The notes under the pieces were generated by a model. That model was not told where the DNA came from and searched no databases. It was given only the letters and a program-made list of their open reading frames with translations. Shown one piece after another: positions 26,867 to 27,791 of a DNA stretch of 27,791 nt. The stretch covers positions 1 to 27,791 of the forward strand of contig JBQCFN010000148.1 of assembly GCA_051959035.1 (NCBI GenBank). Direction: 5' to 3'. How positions within the stretch are numbered: position 1 is the first letter of the stretch; the number at the start of each line of letters is the position of its first letter. Made by a program: the position numbers and the translations under genes. The stretch is from Lysobacteraceae bacterium (GTDB lineage: Bacteria; Pseudomonadota; Gammaproteobacteria; Xanthomonadales; Xanthomonadaceae).

Positions 26867-26893
26867 TCGGACAATGGACGGCGTCGCAAGTTC
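26867..26893 (-). promoter_or_regulatory. Putative sigmaE (RpoE/AlgU-type) promoter for bepA: GAACTT-N16-TCCGA
   Basis: Exact GAACTT -35 (26893-26888), 16-nt spacer, TCnnA -10 (26871-26867). bepA/yfgC is a sigmaE regulon member in E. coli. Confidence 0.7.
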
Positions 26894-26928
26894 GGGCCCG
26901 CCGCCGGGTCCGCAGCCCGGAGCCGTCC

Positions 26929-27207
26929 ATGTCCCCGTCCAGCCACCCGCCCATCACCCTCTACTCGTCCGCGATGTGCGGCTACTGCGTCGCCGCCAAG
27001 AACTTCCTGAAGAGCAAGGGCCTGGACTGGAACGAGGTCCGGGTCGACCTGCACCCGGAGGAGCGCACCCGCATGGTCGCGCGCACCGGCCGCACCACGG
27101 TGCCGCAGATCTTCGTCGGCGAGACGCATGTCGGCGGCTACGACGACATGATGGCGCTGCACCGCGCAGGCGGCTTCGAGCCGCTGCTGGCGGGCGAGGG
27201 CGCGTAG
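26929..27207 (+). CDS. grxC: Glutaredoxin 3-like dithiol glutaredoxin (92 aa)
   Basis: ITLYSSAMCGYCVAAKNFL, GRTTVPQIFVGETHVGGYDDM. GGAG RBS at 26919-26922. Confidence 0.92.
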   Translation: MSPSSHPPITLYSSAMCGYCVAAKNFLKSKGLDWNEVRVDLHPEERTRMVARTGRTTVPQIFVGETHVGGYDDMMALHRAGGFEPLLAGEGA

Positions 27208-27264
27208 GTCCTGCCCCCGAGGCATGCTTTTTCCGGCGGGCGCGGCCCGCCTCCTGGAGTCCCC

Positions 27265-27648
27265 GTGGAAGACAGCAACGACCGCGTCCGCCAGTTCACC
27301 GACTTCCGCAAGCGCATGAACGAGCGCATCCTGGCCGAGCCCAACCAGGTGGTGCGGCGCTTCTTCGCGCTCGACACCCAGGCCTACCAGGCCGGCGCGC
27401 TCGACGTGAAGACCAAGGAACTGCTGGGCCTGGTCGCCTCGCTTGTCCTGCGCTGCGACGACTGCATCAGCTACCACGTCGCGCAGTGCAGGGAGGCGGG
27501 CGTCGACCGCGACGAGATGTTCGAGGCGTTCTCGGTGGGCCTGGTGGTCGGCGGTTCGATCGTGATCCCGCACCTGCGCCGCGCCGTGGACTTCCTCGAC
27601 CGGCTCGAAGCCGGCGCGGACGCCCCCGCGGCGCACGAGCACGCCTGA
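27265..27648 (+). CDS. Carboxymuconolactone decarboxylase / AhpD-like protein (127 aa, GTG start)
   Basis: GALDVKTKELLGLVASLVLRCDDCISYH (CxxC...H core), EMFEAFSVGLVVGGS. GGAG RBS. Confidence 0.88.
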   Translation: MEDSNDRVRQFTDFRKRMNERILAEPNQVVRRFFALDTQAYQAGALDVKTKELLGLVASLVLRCDDCISYHVAQCREAGVDRDEMFEAFSVGLVVGGSIVIPHLRRAVDFLDRLEAGADAPAAHEHA

Positions 27649-27705
27649 GGACGCGGCCGGCCTCCCGGAGCTTGACGCACGTCAGCCGGCCGGCAACGGC
27701 CGCTC

Positions 27706-27714
27706 TGGCATAAT
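27706..27714 (+). promoter_or_regulatory. Putative extended -10 promoter (TGG-CATAAT) for the next gene
   Basis: Same 9-mer as upstream of yajC, 66 nt before ATG 27781. Confidence 0.55.
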
Positions 27715-27780
27715 TCGCGCTCCGTTTTTTCGCGCCATGCGCCGGTTCCGGCGCCGGCGCCCCACGTCGGCAGCTCCCCA

Positions 27781-27791
27781 ATGACCCAAAC
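27781..27791 (+). CDS. Probable start of the next gene (MTQT...), truncated by the window edge; from memory, isocitrate dehydrogenase follows grxC-CMD in Xanthomonadales
   Basis: Only ATG ACC CAA AC is visible. The identity is recollection of synteny and cannot be verified here. Confidence 0.3.

Noticed and set aside
27672-27714. TTGACG...CATAAT as a -35/-10 pair
   Set aside because: The 31-nt spacing is far too long; only the extended -10 is retained.

Overview
This is a very GC-rich (about 70-75% by eye, not computed) core-genome window. Gene order and protein sequences point to a Xanthomonadales/Lysobacteraceae-type gammaproteobacterium. From left to right: an Lrp/AsnC regulator; queA-tgt-yajC-secD-secF; a bidirectional terminator plus a REPIN-like hairpin; suhB divergent from trmJ; an orphan PhnD-family periplasmic binding protein translationally coupled to a membrane HAMP-GGDEF-EAL protein; hlyC/corC-exoD; DUF47-pit; a hypothetical protein divergent from an ATL gene; rhomboid; a standalone Pat-like GNAT; a CDF transporter; then, on the minus strand, bepA-phoB-phoR-ppk1-ppx-rlmJ; and finally grxC, an AhpD/CMD-family gene and the first codons of the next gene. 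I found no mobile-element enzymes, CRISPR arrays, tRNA/rRNA or defence genes. The best candidate for an under-described system is the binding protein + GGDEF/EAL pair (NspS/MbaA-like architecture with a PhnD-class sensor) inside a phosphate-homeostasis neighbourhood. Non-coding signals read directly from the sequence include two Pho-box promoters with the classical 10-nt spacing to the -10 element, a sigmaE-type promoter upstream of bepA-phoBR, four TANNNT-N6-ATG (leaderless-type) starts, overlapping divergent -10 elements and a heavily structured secD-secF spacer. All family assignments come from motif recognition, not database searches.
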